Assembly: GCA_963924565.1 (NCBI GenBank) | Contig: OZ004607.1 | Span: forward strand, 32,178,001-32,242,000 | Source: Ascidiella aspersa | Taxonomy: Eukaryota | Direction of reading: 5' to 3' | Length of the DNA stretch: 64,000 nt | Shown here: positions 14,001-26,367 of the stretch, piece by piece | Layout: each line of letters begins with the position of its first letter | Numbering within the stretch: position 1 is the stretch's first letter | Translations under genes and position numbers: made by a program | Notes under the pieces: model-generated | The model's input: only the letters and a program-made list of their open reading frames with translations | Databases searched by the model: none | What the model was told of the DNA's origin: nothing

Positions 14001-16382
14001 TTAAAAGTAAGTAGGCTATAAGTAAAAATTAAAGGCACGGCATAATGTTCTGGAATGTTTATCGTGTAGTGTCACAAGTACTGAATTACTTCCAGAAAAT
14101 CACAAAAAAAATACCAGAAAATAGCAAAAATAACTATTTCAGAGAATGAAGCCCAATTCCAGTTTCGGATGTAGACTATATTATGACGTGAAAATTATTG
14201 TTAAAAAATATCAAGTAACCATCAAAATTAGTAGAGGAGGCCGCCACTAAACTCGCTTTGGTTAGCTGATTCAAAATTGCATTTCAGCGTTGTACAATCG
14301 AAAATTACGTCATACTTAAAAGTCATACAGTCGGAATTTTACATCGTGAATGAGTAGTGGGCCTGTTTTATCTATAAAGCTGTTTGATGTTCATAACTTA
14401 CTGACTGAGCACATTGCTGGAGTATAAGCATTTCGGGAGTGTCAAAGTCAAGCACTGTAACCGTCTAGTTTATTCTAACACGATAAATAACGAATAATCT
14501 TCCCCTCCTAACTGGAATATATAGCATTGATGAAACACTTCGTTTTTATTTTTGTTCATCTTAGAGAAACTCACACCCAGACCCTTAACCAGTTACATAA
14601 AACTATATGGGATATATAGTATACGGAAATTCATCCGATCATAGCTTTTACGTTGTGTACAAGAGCTAGTTATAGGAGATCTATAGCAACTTTTCCATTC
14701 AAATTAACATGATCCGTGCGACCCTCTACTTGCGCAAATCTCAAACACCTTTGAAAACTAATCGATTCGATCCGATACTGAAGTCAAATGCCTTCATCGC
14801 ATTTATGGCATATAGCTGCCGGGTCAGCGTCAAAACCTATATATCGCCTACGTTGTCGATTCTTCGCCAGAAATCGTGAAGCCCTACTTCTGCGACGCCG
14901 AGTCCTGTGGCAAAAGCTTCAAGCGGCCCGATCAGCTGAAACGTCACCAGAAGATCCACACCGGCGAGAAACCGCACAAGTGCGACTTGTGCGGGCGGCG
15001 TTTCGCCAGGACCGACCACTGCAAGACACACAAGAGCAAGCACAGCGGTGAGTAAAGAACGGTTAACATCGGCACTTGCCTACCTAGTTTTTTTGTCGGG
15101 GAGCTGCTCAGTGAATCTATATAGAACCTTTTACTATTTCTAAAAAAATTGCCGATTTTCGTCCTTATTTCTTGTTGTTAAGGAAACACTGTCTTTTGCA
15201 GACCTGAGAAAAGTACGGCCCATCTGGACCACGATTTATTTTTCTTAAAACACCTTTTTCGGTATTTTATGCGCTAATTTGACAACATATCTGCAAGTGT
15301 AAAAACAAGCGCATATTTTTATATGTTTGGTTGTAACATGTATACACCATGCTTTCTAGGGTCAGTAATGGCCCCGCCAGACCGTATTTTATTCCTTATT
15401 TAAATACCAAAAGAGAAATCGCCCGAATCTCAAAAAATATATTCCGTCTTCAGTGCATTTTAGCGAACCTTTAAGGTATTTTTGTGCAACCTTACAGCTG
15501 TTGGGTCAACGGCACCTAAAACTCCAGTTTGTTTTCCGATGCATGGCCGCTTAAAACTCGTTTAAACCAAACCACTAAAACTGCCAGAATTGGTGAGTGA
15601 TAGCGACCCCAAAAAGGTTTAAGCGACCCGACATTGGTTGTAGACCACTGACCTGTAGCATACTCTTCTCATAACCGCAACACAACATTAATATAAACCC
15701 AATGCGTTTGTTCGATCCTGAGTTGTGTAACCCAGTGCTCTTCAACCTTTTTGGTTTGGTGAACGCTGTGGCGAACTCATCCACCCTGTTTACTTGAAAG
15801 ATAAAATGGGTAAAAAGTGATATGAAAAATCATTATGCCTATCAATATAATCATGTCAATTAAACCGAGCTGAGCTACCAAAGGTACACACTGTCGGTGA
15901 GAGTTCGACTATGGATTGCGAGTAGGCCTACTATTACATGTCTTAAAACAGCATTCAAACAAACTTGAGAAAATAGCAAAGAGACTATTTAATGACTGTT
16001 TTGAAATTAAAAATGTCAAATATTAAAAGTTTGTGATGCACCCTTGTATACCTTTCCGTACTTGTGATCCCCATTCATATTTCGGTGCACCCTAGGGGAG
16101 CTGCACCGTGCACACCGGTTGAAAACCACTGGTCTAATCAAGAACTCGTGTTTTCCATCAGGTGAAAAGCCGTTCGTGTGTCGGCAAGTTGGCTGCAACC
16201 GAAAGTTCGCTAGGAACGACGAACTGCGTCGGCACGAGGCCAGCAAGCACATGCAGCATCATCACCAACAACAGCAGCAACAACAACAACAACAGCATCT
16301 AAGCAACAGCGATCTCATTGAGGCCGAGCAGAGGCGAGAAATGTACAAAGGATTTTTCTACATTTGGATATTAACATACTGA
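4449..16382 (+). CDS. WT1: WT1-like four-finger C2H2 zinc-finger transcription factor, ~882 aa, 7 coding exons
   Basis: Phase-consistent GT-AG exons 4449-5892, 8958-9088 (alternative in-frame donor after 9070), 10059-10174, 11289-11683, 13379-13543, 14871-15047, 16162-16382. Fingers: [30 protein letters not shown]; [25 protein letters not shown]; [23 protein letters not shown]; [33 protein letters not shown], DHxKTH and the CX4C...FARxDELxRH fourth finger match WT1 fingers 2-4 better than EGR or KLF. The N-terminus is low complexity (polyQ, polyH). The symbol reflects similarity, not proven orthology. Confidence 0.8.
4992..5033 (+). repeat. Uninterrupted (CAG)14 coding microsatellite (polyQ)
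   Basis: 14 consecutive CAG codons in frame in exon 1 of the WT1-like gene. Confidence 0.95.
11730..11939. mobile_element. Foldback/palindromic MITE-like element
   Basis: ~80-bp imperfect inverted arms (11735-11815 vs 11855-11935), with an extra copy of the terminal motif in the centre. Confidence 0.75.
12160..12994. mobile_element. Non-autonomous hAT element, 835 bp
   Basis: TIRs cagtgttccctctaag / cttacagggaacactg; perfect 8-bp TSD atcgtaac; subterminal tgcgca repeats. Confidence 0.92.
13656..13935. mobile_element. Truncated hAT MITE related to 21170-21687
   Basis: Left end cagaggtgggcagcct...ggcccgcgggcc; shares agacctttctgagtttg with the other copies; right TIR missing. Confidence 0.55.
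15733..16131. mobile_element. hAT-type MITE
   Basis: TIRs cagtgctcttcaacc / ggttgaaaaccactg; degenerate TSD gtgtaacc/gtctaatc (6/8). Confidence 0.75.
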
Positions 16383-16404
16383 TATTACTTCTGTTTTTTT
16401 TTTC

Positions 16405-16819
16405 CTGAACCTTAACCGAACCTGAACATTTTTTTGTGAGATTCAAAACCGGAGTATATTTTGAAAGAACCTAAACCTTGACGTCACAACCCATATTTTA
16501 CAGGGTCAAGTTACGTCATGTTAAAAATATTATGAAAAAAAAAAATATTTATTAAATAAAACAGATATTTTCATAATAAGCTGCTTTGCATTTTGATACG
16601 ACACGAAGCCTAGATTTAATACCAGTTACAATTATAACTAATATTCTCTACATTTATCGAATCACTTTTTTGAATTTAACGTAACTCTTAACCGAACCGG
16701 AACTTTTTCAATTGGTTTCGAATTGCTCCGAATCGAAACCGGAACTGAACCGTATTTCGAAAAAATCCTTGAACCCGAACCGAACCTGAACCGTAAAAGT
16801 CAAACGGTTCCACACCCTG
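16405..16819. mobile_element. Partial DNA-transposon end with AACCGAACC subterminal repeats
   Basis: Many gaaccg/aaccgaacc motifs ending in ggttccacaccctg; no matching left TIR found. Confidence 0.5.
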
Positions 16820-18643
16820 CTTTTAAGTCATAGTTTGTAAATGACGTGTCTTGTCAATAAGTCTTTGGGACAAAATACATTGGTTTCACTTAGGCATATG
16901 TGGAAAAGTTTGAGTTAGATTTCAGTAATCTATATAAACTGAATTACTCGTACTTGAGTGTTTTTGCTTAACACATGCTTAATAAATTATTTAGTTTATT
17001 AATGTACACGTGCAAGAGTTTAATTGCTTTTTCGAGTGATTGTAAAATGCGAACTATTTCTCATCGAAAAGGTGCATCTATTTTAATGGTTTAAAGTTTA
17101 AACCTATATATATATATTTATGTCGAGAACTTAATATTTTTAAAGTAACGAAAAACGTAGGAGTAATGGGAGTAATAAAGTATGAGTAAATAAACTGAGA
17201 GTAAAATAATCACGTTTACTTCATTTATTCGACACACATCTTTATTTATTCGAGATACACTTACCATTCTTTTTTTAACAGCTTTCATCAAAGTTTTGGC
17301 AACCTAGGATTGCAGACACCGCACACTATGCCTATGCCAGGTAATATTTCAGCAAGTACAACGAAAAAAATTTAGTCCTGTCCTACTCGTATTTATGTAT
17401 GTATATGTTTTGTAATTATCATTATCTATCTTAAAAACAAGCCTTTAGTTGTATGTAAATGATTTGCTTTTTTAATCATTTTTTGGCCAGTTCATAATAC
17501 GTGGGAATTCACCGAAGCAAGTCGTCTTCCTGGACAATAAAGCAAACAAATTAAGACAAGAAAAAACAGGTAGGTTTGCTTTTTCATCAAAGTTTTTGCA
17601 ATTGAGCAATGAAATGTTCAGGCATCCACCTATTGTCTCCAACAAACACATTTTTGCCGCCATCAATAATCCCGTACACTTTTCCACTTTTGTAGTTGAA
17701 TAAAAATGTAGTTGATAACCCGGTATCAATCACAACATTTTCTGCATAAACAAGCAAACATTTCTATTTTGTATTGTGTATAGGCTACATATACAATCAT
17801 TATTATTACCCAAATTCGTCTATTTAGTTTAAGAATTCTATTAAATTAGCTTGTCTTGTTTCAACTCGGGTCTTGGCGGGGTTTGTTGGCCATTCAGCCT
17901 CTCTCTAGTAAAGTATCAAGTTTCATGGAATCGGTGTTTGGCCAGTTTGGGGAAACAATGTAACCATGGTACTGGCTGAAGGCTTATGTAGACACTTAGG
18001 CGATGAAAATATTAGGGAAGAAAGCAACGAGCGTTTAGCCCATGTAGTATTCTAAACAATCGTATAAGTTAAGTACAGTGAAAGGCATGAATGCAAAAAG
18101 TTAAAGTATAAGGCTAAAATTCTTGAAATTTTGAATAGACCATCAGGCTGTAAATGTTGTACATTAGCCTAAGTCGAATATAAATTTTATCGTGAAATTG
18201 AACATAACTTAACGTGTTAAAAATCGGGTATTTAAGGCAAAGTACGAATAAAACAAAGTGTCAAGTATTAATCTTTAGTGATTACCAAGACCCGATTAAC
18301 ATACACATGACGATTGTCCGGATTACAGTTATAGTCAAAATAGTTGACTCCACAGATATTAATTTTTCATCTTCAGGTTTAATGATATTTATCTCCTCCT
18401 TCAGTTTTAATTTTATAATTGGTTTAGTAAAAAAAGTTTAGACATGTCTCACAATTTGTTCAGTTTGGTTGTCGTAATACTTTTCAGCCCCAAATATAGC
18501 AATTTCTGTATTTTAGAGTAAACCAAATTGAACAAAAAATCTAAAGCAATGTAGTTTTCTGTACTGACAAAATTTTTGCCTGTCTTTAGATCACCGACGA
18601 CAAAGACGCTCCTTGCAAATAAAATCACAAATTAAGAAACAGA

Positions 18644-19504
18644 ATGCCGAACCTGAACTTCGACTACACCCAGTTCCTGAAGAAGCAAAACGCTCTCTAC
18701 CTGCTCAAGTACAGAGACGACCCGGTCGAGGTGGAGCGCAACCCTCAGCCAATCAACGGCTACCATGGTCACGTGCCGGCCTACAGGGGCAGCATCCACG
18801 AGCAGCGAATGGTCAGGTCACTTGTCAGATGCCTGACCAGTCCAATGAAGCCGACCACCGCCACTGGGTTTAAGAACGCAGTCGATAACTTACCGAAAAG
18901 CAGGCCAAAAACAGGGGTACAGACCGAGGCTAAGGCTAAAGCGGGCGAGGAGGCTAGTCGACGGGTGCAGTCGGCGCCACCGGGCACCGTTGGACCCAGG
19001 GGCGAATCAAGGAACGGTCGCACACCGTCGGAGATGGCATCACGCCCAAGCCTCTCACGCCTTTCTATGATGTCGGCCGGAAGCGCTGATTTTGTAAGGC
19101 AGAAGGTTGCTGAAAAGCTGGCAGCCAGCAACAGAGCTGCCTCGGCACAAAGCAACACCAGTCGCCAGTCAAAAGCCGCTTCTTCAGTACTTTACCGGCC
19201 CTTGCCGCGCTCAGCGACCCCAAATCACCCTTCGGGCCCCGCGCAAACCCTGTACGGAGCCAGCTTCTGGTACACTTGGCCTGGTGACAACTCGTTGGCC
19301 GGCACCAAGCAGCGTCCCGCCTCCTACGACAAGGACCAGCGCCTGAACCGGCAGCACCAGGTGATCTACCACAAGCACGAGGGTGTCGTACCCAAGTACA
19401 TGGGCTACGTACCCGGCTACAAGTTCAAGCATGGCTCCACCTACGGAGCGCTAACCGTCAACGCCACTAGTGACGGGACCGTGCACCGACGACTGGTCGC
19501 TTAG
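18644..19504 (+). CDS. FAM166/CIMIP2-like ciliary microtubule inner protein (PYG-type repeats), 286 aa
   Basis: Intact ATG-TAG ORF with GC3-rich codons. The C-terminal IYHKHEGVVPKYMGYVPGYKFKHGSTYGALT resembles the FAM166 repeat, and a degenerate copy PINGYHGHVPAY lies near the N-terminus. Splice acceptor tgtctttag at 18589; AATAAA at ~19677. Confidence 0.75.
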   Translation: MPNLNFDYTQFLKKQNALYLLKYRDDPVEVERNPQPINGYHGHVPAYRGSIHEQRMVRSLVRCLTSPMKPTTATGFKNAVDNLPKSRPKTGVQTEAKAKAGEEASRRVQSAPPGTVGPRGESRNGRTPSEMASRPSLSRLSMMSAGSADFVRQKVAEKLAASNRAASAQSNTSRQSKAASSVLYRPLPRSATPNHPSGPAQTLYGASFWYTWPGDNSLAGTKQRPASYDKDQRLNRQHQVIYHKHEGVVPKYMGYVPGYKFKHGSTYGALTVNATSDGTVHRRLVA

Positions 19505-20530
19505 CGGCGCTGTTACTTTTTCCCCACGCTTTTTTTCATTTAGACACTTTTAGGTCTGAACAACGGTAAGGCATCGCACGAAAGGCTAATCTACTGCGGA
19601 AAATCGAACGATATCAGAACGCCTAATTTGGTGTTCTGCTTGGTGACTTTTCTTGTATTGTTCACTTACCTTTTAAAATAAAGTCTTAATATTTATTCAC
19701 GTTTAAGCGCGACATCTTAGTGTAGCGGACACGAAGCTTAGCAAGGGCTTATTTTTTAGCGGCTTAAATCAGTTTATAATTAGCCATACCATTTCCCTGT
19801 TTTGTTTCGCAATGATGACGTTTACAGATCCATAAAGATGCTTTACTTTGTGTGTTGAACTAGTCGAAACTTGGAAACGTCTTCATATTTGCCATAACAT
19901 AAGATGGTTTGATTAAATTATAATATTTTTAAATATAAGACATTGTGTGTACATTGTGAAAAATAATTTTAAAAAATTCCCTTTTAATTGTGTACATTTT
20001 TGTCTTGCAGTGTGATATGTTCCATTTGATTTTATGCCTTTTCGTAAGCTAAGGCAACGTTTCATTAGTCTAATTATGTATCATGTTTGTAAAACTACGA
20101 CCAACTTTTCGTCGTATTGCGATTTCTCACAATATTTCTTCATTTGTTCCTTGTGTTAGTTGTTAAATACAGCTTTCTGTTTTTGAATAAGGATCGATAG
20201 TCTATTATTTTATTATTAGGTATAGGGTGGTTATCGGCATTATTCTTGTATAAGATGACTATGAACATCAATAAAGATAATAGCTCCTAACAAGTATTAA
20301 CGGAAGACGAAACATTGCCTTCCCGATAAATTGAGTAGAAATAAAATTCCATAACTGGTCAAATAAAGATTTTATTGTGAAAAGAGTTGACTGAAGAATA
20401 CTTAGCATCAGCATGATTTGGAAGCAGCAATGTAAGGCTCATGGGCAAAATAGAAAAAAAAAGTTTTGCTTTGTCAAATAATGTATTTTTGTCTAATAGT
20501 CAACAACAACATGTCGAACAAAGTTTAGCG

Positions 20531-20934
20531 CAGCGGTTCCAAACTTTTCTAAAAAAATTGCCTGGTTGACCCTTTGCAATAATTTTAATATTTTGTTGCC
20601 CTATGAAAATTCAAGGGTCAGTTGATCCATGTTTCTTGTAGAACACTAGTGCTGTCACTATTCGTTCTAACTTAACAACTTTCTAACAAATGCGAAAAAT
20701 TCGCTGATAGCCGGTAGTAAAGCATAATAGATACTTTATGATGTCACAACAGACACCATAAAAACACGCTTTATTATCGAATAATAAAGCATAACTAAAG
20801 ACTAAATGGTGACAGATATTGTTTAAAAACATTCGCTAATAATGTTTAACGTAAAGACTAATTCTCATTGCGGACCTTCTGAAACTGCTGCACGGACCCC
20901 AGTTGGTCTGCGCACCCCAGTTTGGAAACCGCTG
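20531..20934. mobile_element. hAT-type MITE, 404 bp
   Basis: TIRs cagcggttccaaac / gtttggaaaccgctg; perfect 8-bp TSD gtttagcg. Confidence 0.92.
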
Positions 20935-21169
20935 GTTTAGCGCCTTGGGCAGAAATTCAGTATTTACACATCGGTATTTGTTATCACCAGGGCCGGATTT
21001 ACCAATAGGCTAGGCAGGCTGAAGCCTAGGGCCTCAACGTCCAGGGGCCTCGAAATTCGGTTTCGAGTTGACAAAACTTGACAAGTTTAAGCCCTGCCTA
21101 AAGTATATATATAGGTCTATTCAAGAGGAGAAAATTCTATACACAACTGGTTTCAACCACGTTGTAAAT

Positions 21170-21687
21170 CAGGGGTCGGCAACCTACGGCCCACGGGCCG
21201 CCGATGTAATTCATTTCGCCGCCACTTTGACAAACTTAGACAAGTCCATTTCACATACTTTTTTACTATTTTTACTTCTTAATTGCGAAAATTTTCATTC
21301 TACGTCCGTTTTGTATAATTTTGATGCTGCGTTTTCAACTAGATCACCGCTTTGCGCCGTGGAAGGCTGCCAAGTGCGACGCAAAAAATCGGAAAAATAT
21401 TAGACATAGTTTTATTACACTTTTCATTAGTAGTATGGATGACGACGTGTGAACTCGAATTTTAAACTAAACAAACGCTTTCTTACGCGCTTTGAGCAAC
21501 ACTTTACTGCCTCTGTAAATGTAATTACACACGTCTTTAAGTGCAAAAAATATCCAAGGCCCGCCTGATTCACAGTTGTTCTAACATTTCAAAAACACAA
21601 TTCTTAGTTAACATTTTGTGCGGCCAACAGAGACCTTTCTGAGTTTGGTTTTGGTCCGCGACTATAGAAAAAGGTTGCCGACCCCTG
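21170..21687. mobile_element. hAT MITE nested in 20988-22850
   Basis: TIRs caggggtcggcaacct / aggttgccgacccctg; TSD ttgtaaat/ttgtaaaa. Confidence 0.9.
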
Positions 21688-21819
21688 TTGTAAAAAGTCA
21701 TTATTACGTCGTTTGCATCTTAATAAGGGGGGCGCAGTGCTAGGTCGTTTTCATAGGGTTAGAAAAGTTCTTCAGAAATCTGAATCGTTATTACTTGTGC
21801 CGAATTGTACAGTTCACTT

Positions 21820-22516
21820 GTAGGGCTTTCTAAGCGAAATTAGAGATGGGTTTGACGAGTTTGATCAGGAAGCAAAAGCAACCTTGCCGAATATTAACTA
21901 CAGAGCTGTCACTAGGAGACAAAGAAATGAGCCTGACGCTTTAAGTGAACTTTCTGCAAAGGAAATGTTTAAAATAAATTCCTTTGTCCCTATGCTCGAC
22001 GCACTTGAAGGCAATTTAAGAAGAAGAGCTAATGTGTACAGTGACATTGCACAAATGTTCCTCTTTCTTGCTAATCTGAAAGCAACTATGGTAGAAATTG
22101 TACGAGGCGTAGAACTTATAAAGGAAGCGTATCCGGAAGATGTTGACCCGAAACTTACTAATGAGCTTGTACAATTTCATTTGTACGTGAGACAAACACA
22201 AAACCAAGGGCTTACTGGTACAGAAGAGCAATCTATTTGTTTGTCTCATGGCGACAAGGAAAAAAATAAACACTGACTTTTCTAATGTGGAAGCAATATT
22301 AAGACTGTTTCTAAGATTAATGGTCATTAACTGCTCAGGAGAGAGATTTTTTTCAAGGCTAAAAAGCATCAAAGATAAACTGAGATCGAAAATGTCTCAA
22401 GAAAGGTTGTCTGCACTGAGGATTCTGTGCATTGAAAGTGACAAACTTAAACAGATAAATGTTGATGAACTTTTGCATATGATTTTGCTTTGACGAAAGC
22501 TAGAAAAAAATGGTAG
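21820..22516 (+). pseudogene. Frameshifted C-terminal remnant of a hAT transposase (dimerisation domain, ZMYM1-like clade)
   Basis: Overlapping ORFs 21884-22276 and 22248-22493; FSNVEAILRLFLRLMVINCSGERFFSRLKSIKDKLRSKMSQERLSAL is the hAT C-terminal dimerisation signature; N-terminal part absent. Confidence 0.9.
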
Positions 22517-23341
22517 CCTAGTCTTACTCTATTTGATGGCTATAAGCCTGTAACTATTTCTCATTGATCCTCATAAATAAACTTTACAAATATTGCAACG
22601 GTTGTTTGATCAAAGAAATTAAAATTAAAAGCAAAACTGCCTTAATTAACTAATTTTTTTATTATTTTATTTAAAAATTTGCACCCATGAATGTGGAAAA
22701 TTAAAAGAACAAAGAGTTTAATCAGGTCATGTTTTTGACATTAAGCAATGACATGTGATGTTGTTTAGAGAGAAATTCTGAGCTCAAAAATAGGGAGCGG
22801 CCTCACAAATGGAATAGCCTAGGGCCTCTCATGGTCTTAATCCGGCCCTGGTTATCACGTGTCTTTTTCGTTATAGGATCTGAATATAAAGGCACCGGTA
22901 TTGTTTACTTTGATAACATTTAAAAATACTCTGCTTTTAAAATTATATGCAACCCATAAGCGACAAATTTATGTTAGTTTACTTAAAAACGCCGACCTGT
23001 TTTTACCGAAGTCTTCCAAAAATTACTTTGTTCAAAATGTGTCCGGAAACCTAATTGCATATCAGTATTCTTTTGAAACATAAGTTTAAAATTTATTACT
23101 ACATATGATCGTTCATAATAGTGCTTTTCAACCTTTACAATTTCCATCCGCACTTTTTTATTTCGCAAAATTTCCATCCGCTCGAAACAAGCACAGTAAG
23201 TTTGCAACCTTTAGTTTTATTTGTGAAATAACAATGAAAGGGTTTGTGTATTAAAACCGTGTGCCTGAGCCGATATAAAACAGATGACTAGCTTAAGCTG
23301 CAATGAACCTCTGTACGAGACTATATTACTGTACCTATAAC

Positions 23342-24400
23342 CAGTGGTGGGATTCAGCCGGTTCGCACCGGTTCTATAGAACCGTCTCACGAAATGTTAT
23401 GAGATCAGCGAACCGGTTGGCATTACTGGTTACTGTCAATGGATTTTTGCCTTTTATCTAATAGGTCTCCACCGATTACGCACGTAACAGTCATACATTG
23501 TGTTAATTTTTATAACTGTAATACAGTGGTTCCCAAACTGTGGTACGCGTACCACCGGTGGTACGCGAGAGTCTTTCAGGTGGTACGCGACTAACTTCAG
23601 CATACGTATCAATTTCGAAAACGTTCAACTTTTAAAACTTTCAGATTGGGTAATTTGCCGTGCTGCGTTTTAGTTACCTTTAACTTGAGGTTTCGAACGT
23701 TTATGACGTAACACTTATCTTGTTCAAGATAATAAAACGCTAATTGTTAGCTGGTTTAATATATATGTAGTAATAAACCAATAATGAGAGGTGTAGTATT
23801 GTCGTATGTATTGACCAGCTGGTGAAAAAAAAAAAACTATCGCATTGAACCTTGGGTTTTGTTTAATTTATGGCTTCTTTGTCTTCCTGGTATGGCGTTT
23901 GGTAAAGTTTAATTCTGCTTACATGCTCATTTTCTTTTGTATAATATGCTAAAATAGTTAAAGTTTGAGATATTCTAGTAAGGTGTAACTTAGGTGGTAC
24001 ATCAACACTGTACAAAAGCTCAAAATGGTACGCGAGAAAAAAAAGTTTGGGAATCACTGCTGTAATAGTTTTCCTTTTGTGATTATTTGTCTGAAAATTG
24101 CATTTTTTGCGTCATAAGTGAAAGTCATAAGACGACTGCTGCTTTTTAGTGTGGCTGTAAGCAGTGATAGGATTCAGCCGGTTCGCAACATTTTTAACAT
24201 GTTGTACAGGCTAATTTTAATGGTGAAAACCAGATAGTTCAATAATTTAGTTTTATTTTACTTAACTTTTTTATATTTGTTATTTCTATCTTTCCCTTGT
24301 ATGACACAGTGTTAATGTATGCTTGCTTCTCAGTTTATTTGCCAAAATCATTTCTTTTTGTAACAGAACCGGCTGACAAAAAATTTGAATCCCACCACTG
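23342..24400. mobile_element. hAT-type MITE hosting a nested MITE
   Basis: TIRs cagtggtgggattca / tgaatcccaccactg; perfect TSD cctataac; gaaccgg subterminal motifs. Confidence 0.92.
23524..24059. mobile_element. hAT MITE nested in 23342-24400
   Basis: TIRs cagtggttcccaaact / agtttgggaatcactg; perfect TSD ctgtaata; ggtacgcg repeats. Confidence 0.92.
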
Positions 24401-25198
24401 CCTATAACGCATAAGTGGGCGCACCAGCTTATTTGATTACTGTATTACACATAATAAAAAGTAATAACATGCACCATTTTCATCCGCACGACGTTAGTCA
24501 TCTACATTACATTTTTTTTCATCCGCGCAAGTGCGTAGGCCTACCACGGGTTAAAAAGCACTGGTTCATAGTAACAGTTTCTACATCTAAGGGGCCGGCA
24601 ACCTACAGCCCACGGGCCGGATCCGGTCTGCCAATGTAATTCATCCGGCCCGCCGCCTCTTTGTCAAACTAGGCACGAGTCAATTTCAAATAGTTTTTGA
24701 GTATTTTAACTACGTAAGTTTTTTATTTTTTATTTTCGGCAATAAAAAAACGTGCAAGAAATTTAAGAAAAATGCCGGTATCCCCCCAAAAAAAATCGAG
24801 CTTGCTTCGCTCGTGTAGCAGCTTGCGCTTCTCCGTATTGTTACCGAGTGGAAACCCGGCTATTCAGATGAAGCAGGCTGGCCGGTTTGATGTCAACCAA
24901 CGCCTGCCTGTGCGTGTTATACAAACTGCCAGCAGATTGCTGGAAGCGTTTGGTCAATTGTCCAAAATTTCCTGTTTTTCATTATTCGTGTTAAAGCATG
25001 TTGTCACAATAAATATTATTTCATTGTGCTTAAAACCCACAAATTGGAGACCCCGACGTGATATTGAACACGCAAAATTCCTTCTGACAAACTATAAATA
25101 ATTATATTAACCTATTGTGTTGATTTAAATCTATTTTTGACCTACACTTTTGCACCTATTTTTAGTCTTATTTACCGTGTGCTATTCTTAAAATCGTT

Positions 25199-25846
25199 AT
25201 GTCGAAGAATAACTTTTCTGTTTTGTTTTCAAAGGTTTCAAGCAAATTTAAAGCTTGCAACGACAAAACTTCAACGCGTATAGCTGCCATGCTATGTAAT
25301 ATAAGGGAAGGTAATGTTTTTCCGAAACCTAAGGGAATTAAATCGAACTTTTCCATTTCTAAGCTACGTCATACGAAAATAGGCTCTCTTTCTAAACCTA
25401 TTTCTCCTTTCTCTAAAAAGAAATTTACAGAAAATGATGTTCTAATGCCATCGGTTCAAGTTGTTCCACCGATTGCACTGCCATTCTCGTCTACTGATTC
25501 AGTTTTGCAACCTGCAGCTGCTTCTTCAGCTGAGCCGCAGATGAACAACGACTTACCGCATTCAACTTTCGAAGCCGCTCCATCGTCGTTTTGCAACACG
25601 GCAAAACCTTTAAATGTTCCGGTAAAATCTTTGCAGCCTGTTGCAGCAACGCCCAGCAGCAAACTTTCAACTGTAGACGCGACGCCTCGTCAACAACGCA
25701 AGTTTATTCGATCTGCTACACTCGGCACATCTATGACGTCATGCAATTCTACGTCAATTTCTATTCTAAAGGTACTCGAAACCTATCTTTTACACCTCTT
25801 GCTTATCTATAATCTTATCAGACAGGATTTCTTGCCGACCATATGA
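25199..25846 (+). CDS. Possible 215-aa ORF of unknown function at the gag position of the LTR element
   Basis: ATG-initiated, 648 nt open in AT-rich DNA, Lys/Ser/Pro-rich; no gag zinc knuckle or protease motif. Confidence 0.3.
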   Translation: MSKNNFSVLFSKVSSKFKACNDKTSTRIAAMLCNIREGNVFPKPKGIKSNFSISKLRHTKIGSLSKPISPFSKKKFTENDVLMPSVQVVPPIALPFSSTDSVLQPAAASSAEPQMNNDLPHSTFEAAPSSFCNTAKPLNVPVKSLQPVAATPSSKLSTVDATPRQQRKFIRSATLGTSMTSCNSTSISILKVLETYLLHLLLIYNLIRQDFLPTI

Positions 25847-26367
25847 TGTTGCTGAGTTTTGCAGTGCTTGGTATCGTCCGCCCGACCTAACAGCTTGCAA
25901 GCAAATCGTGCGCATCTGTTGCGACAGAAGCAGCACATTCTTACGACGTTTACACCTGATGATAACCTAGTAAGCTTTCACAACTTTACTTTACCTTATC
26001 TATCTACGGCCTCTTACTATCCTAACATTGACTATTTTAACCTTCTCTTCCTCTTAATCACAGCTTTTTGCTAGTTTTCTTGATAGACGTTTGGTTAACG
26101 TTTTTGGGTAATTTTTAGCGCCTATAGCTTTAGTTATCGTTAACGCAGGAATGGGCCTTGCATAAATCAAATTGAATTATACCGATAGCCTCATTACGTA
26201 GGATGGCAGCTGTAGTTTACTCGTAATTTTTGTGCGCGCTATGCATTGTCAGTTATTGCTATATGCCTTGTTTACAGTTTTACGCACCACGCTTGTTTTT
26301 CTCTATAATCCGCCCTTGTAAGTATTTTATCGCTGAATGATGAGCTCGTTTTAATGTTGCTATATCG

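Larger units (their letters stand above)
20988..22850 (+). mobile_element. Internally deleted hAT transposon
   Basis: Perfect 12-bp TIR cagggccggatt / aatccggccctg; perfect TSD gttatcac; subterminal gcctagggcctc at both ends; carries a transposase remnant and a nested MITE. Confidence 0.95.

Noticed and set aside
20175-20191. ttctgtttttgaataag resembling a tunicate spliced-leader exon
   Set aside because: Imperfect match, not followed by a GT donor or recognisable Sm site; plausible by chance in AT-rich DNA.
25956-25985. CTGATGA in the LTR element as a second hammerhead
   Set aside because: No helix II followed by GAAA. Other CTGANGA hits I checked (2154, 3290, 32248, 54533) also fail.
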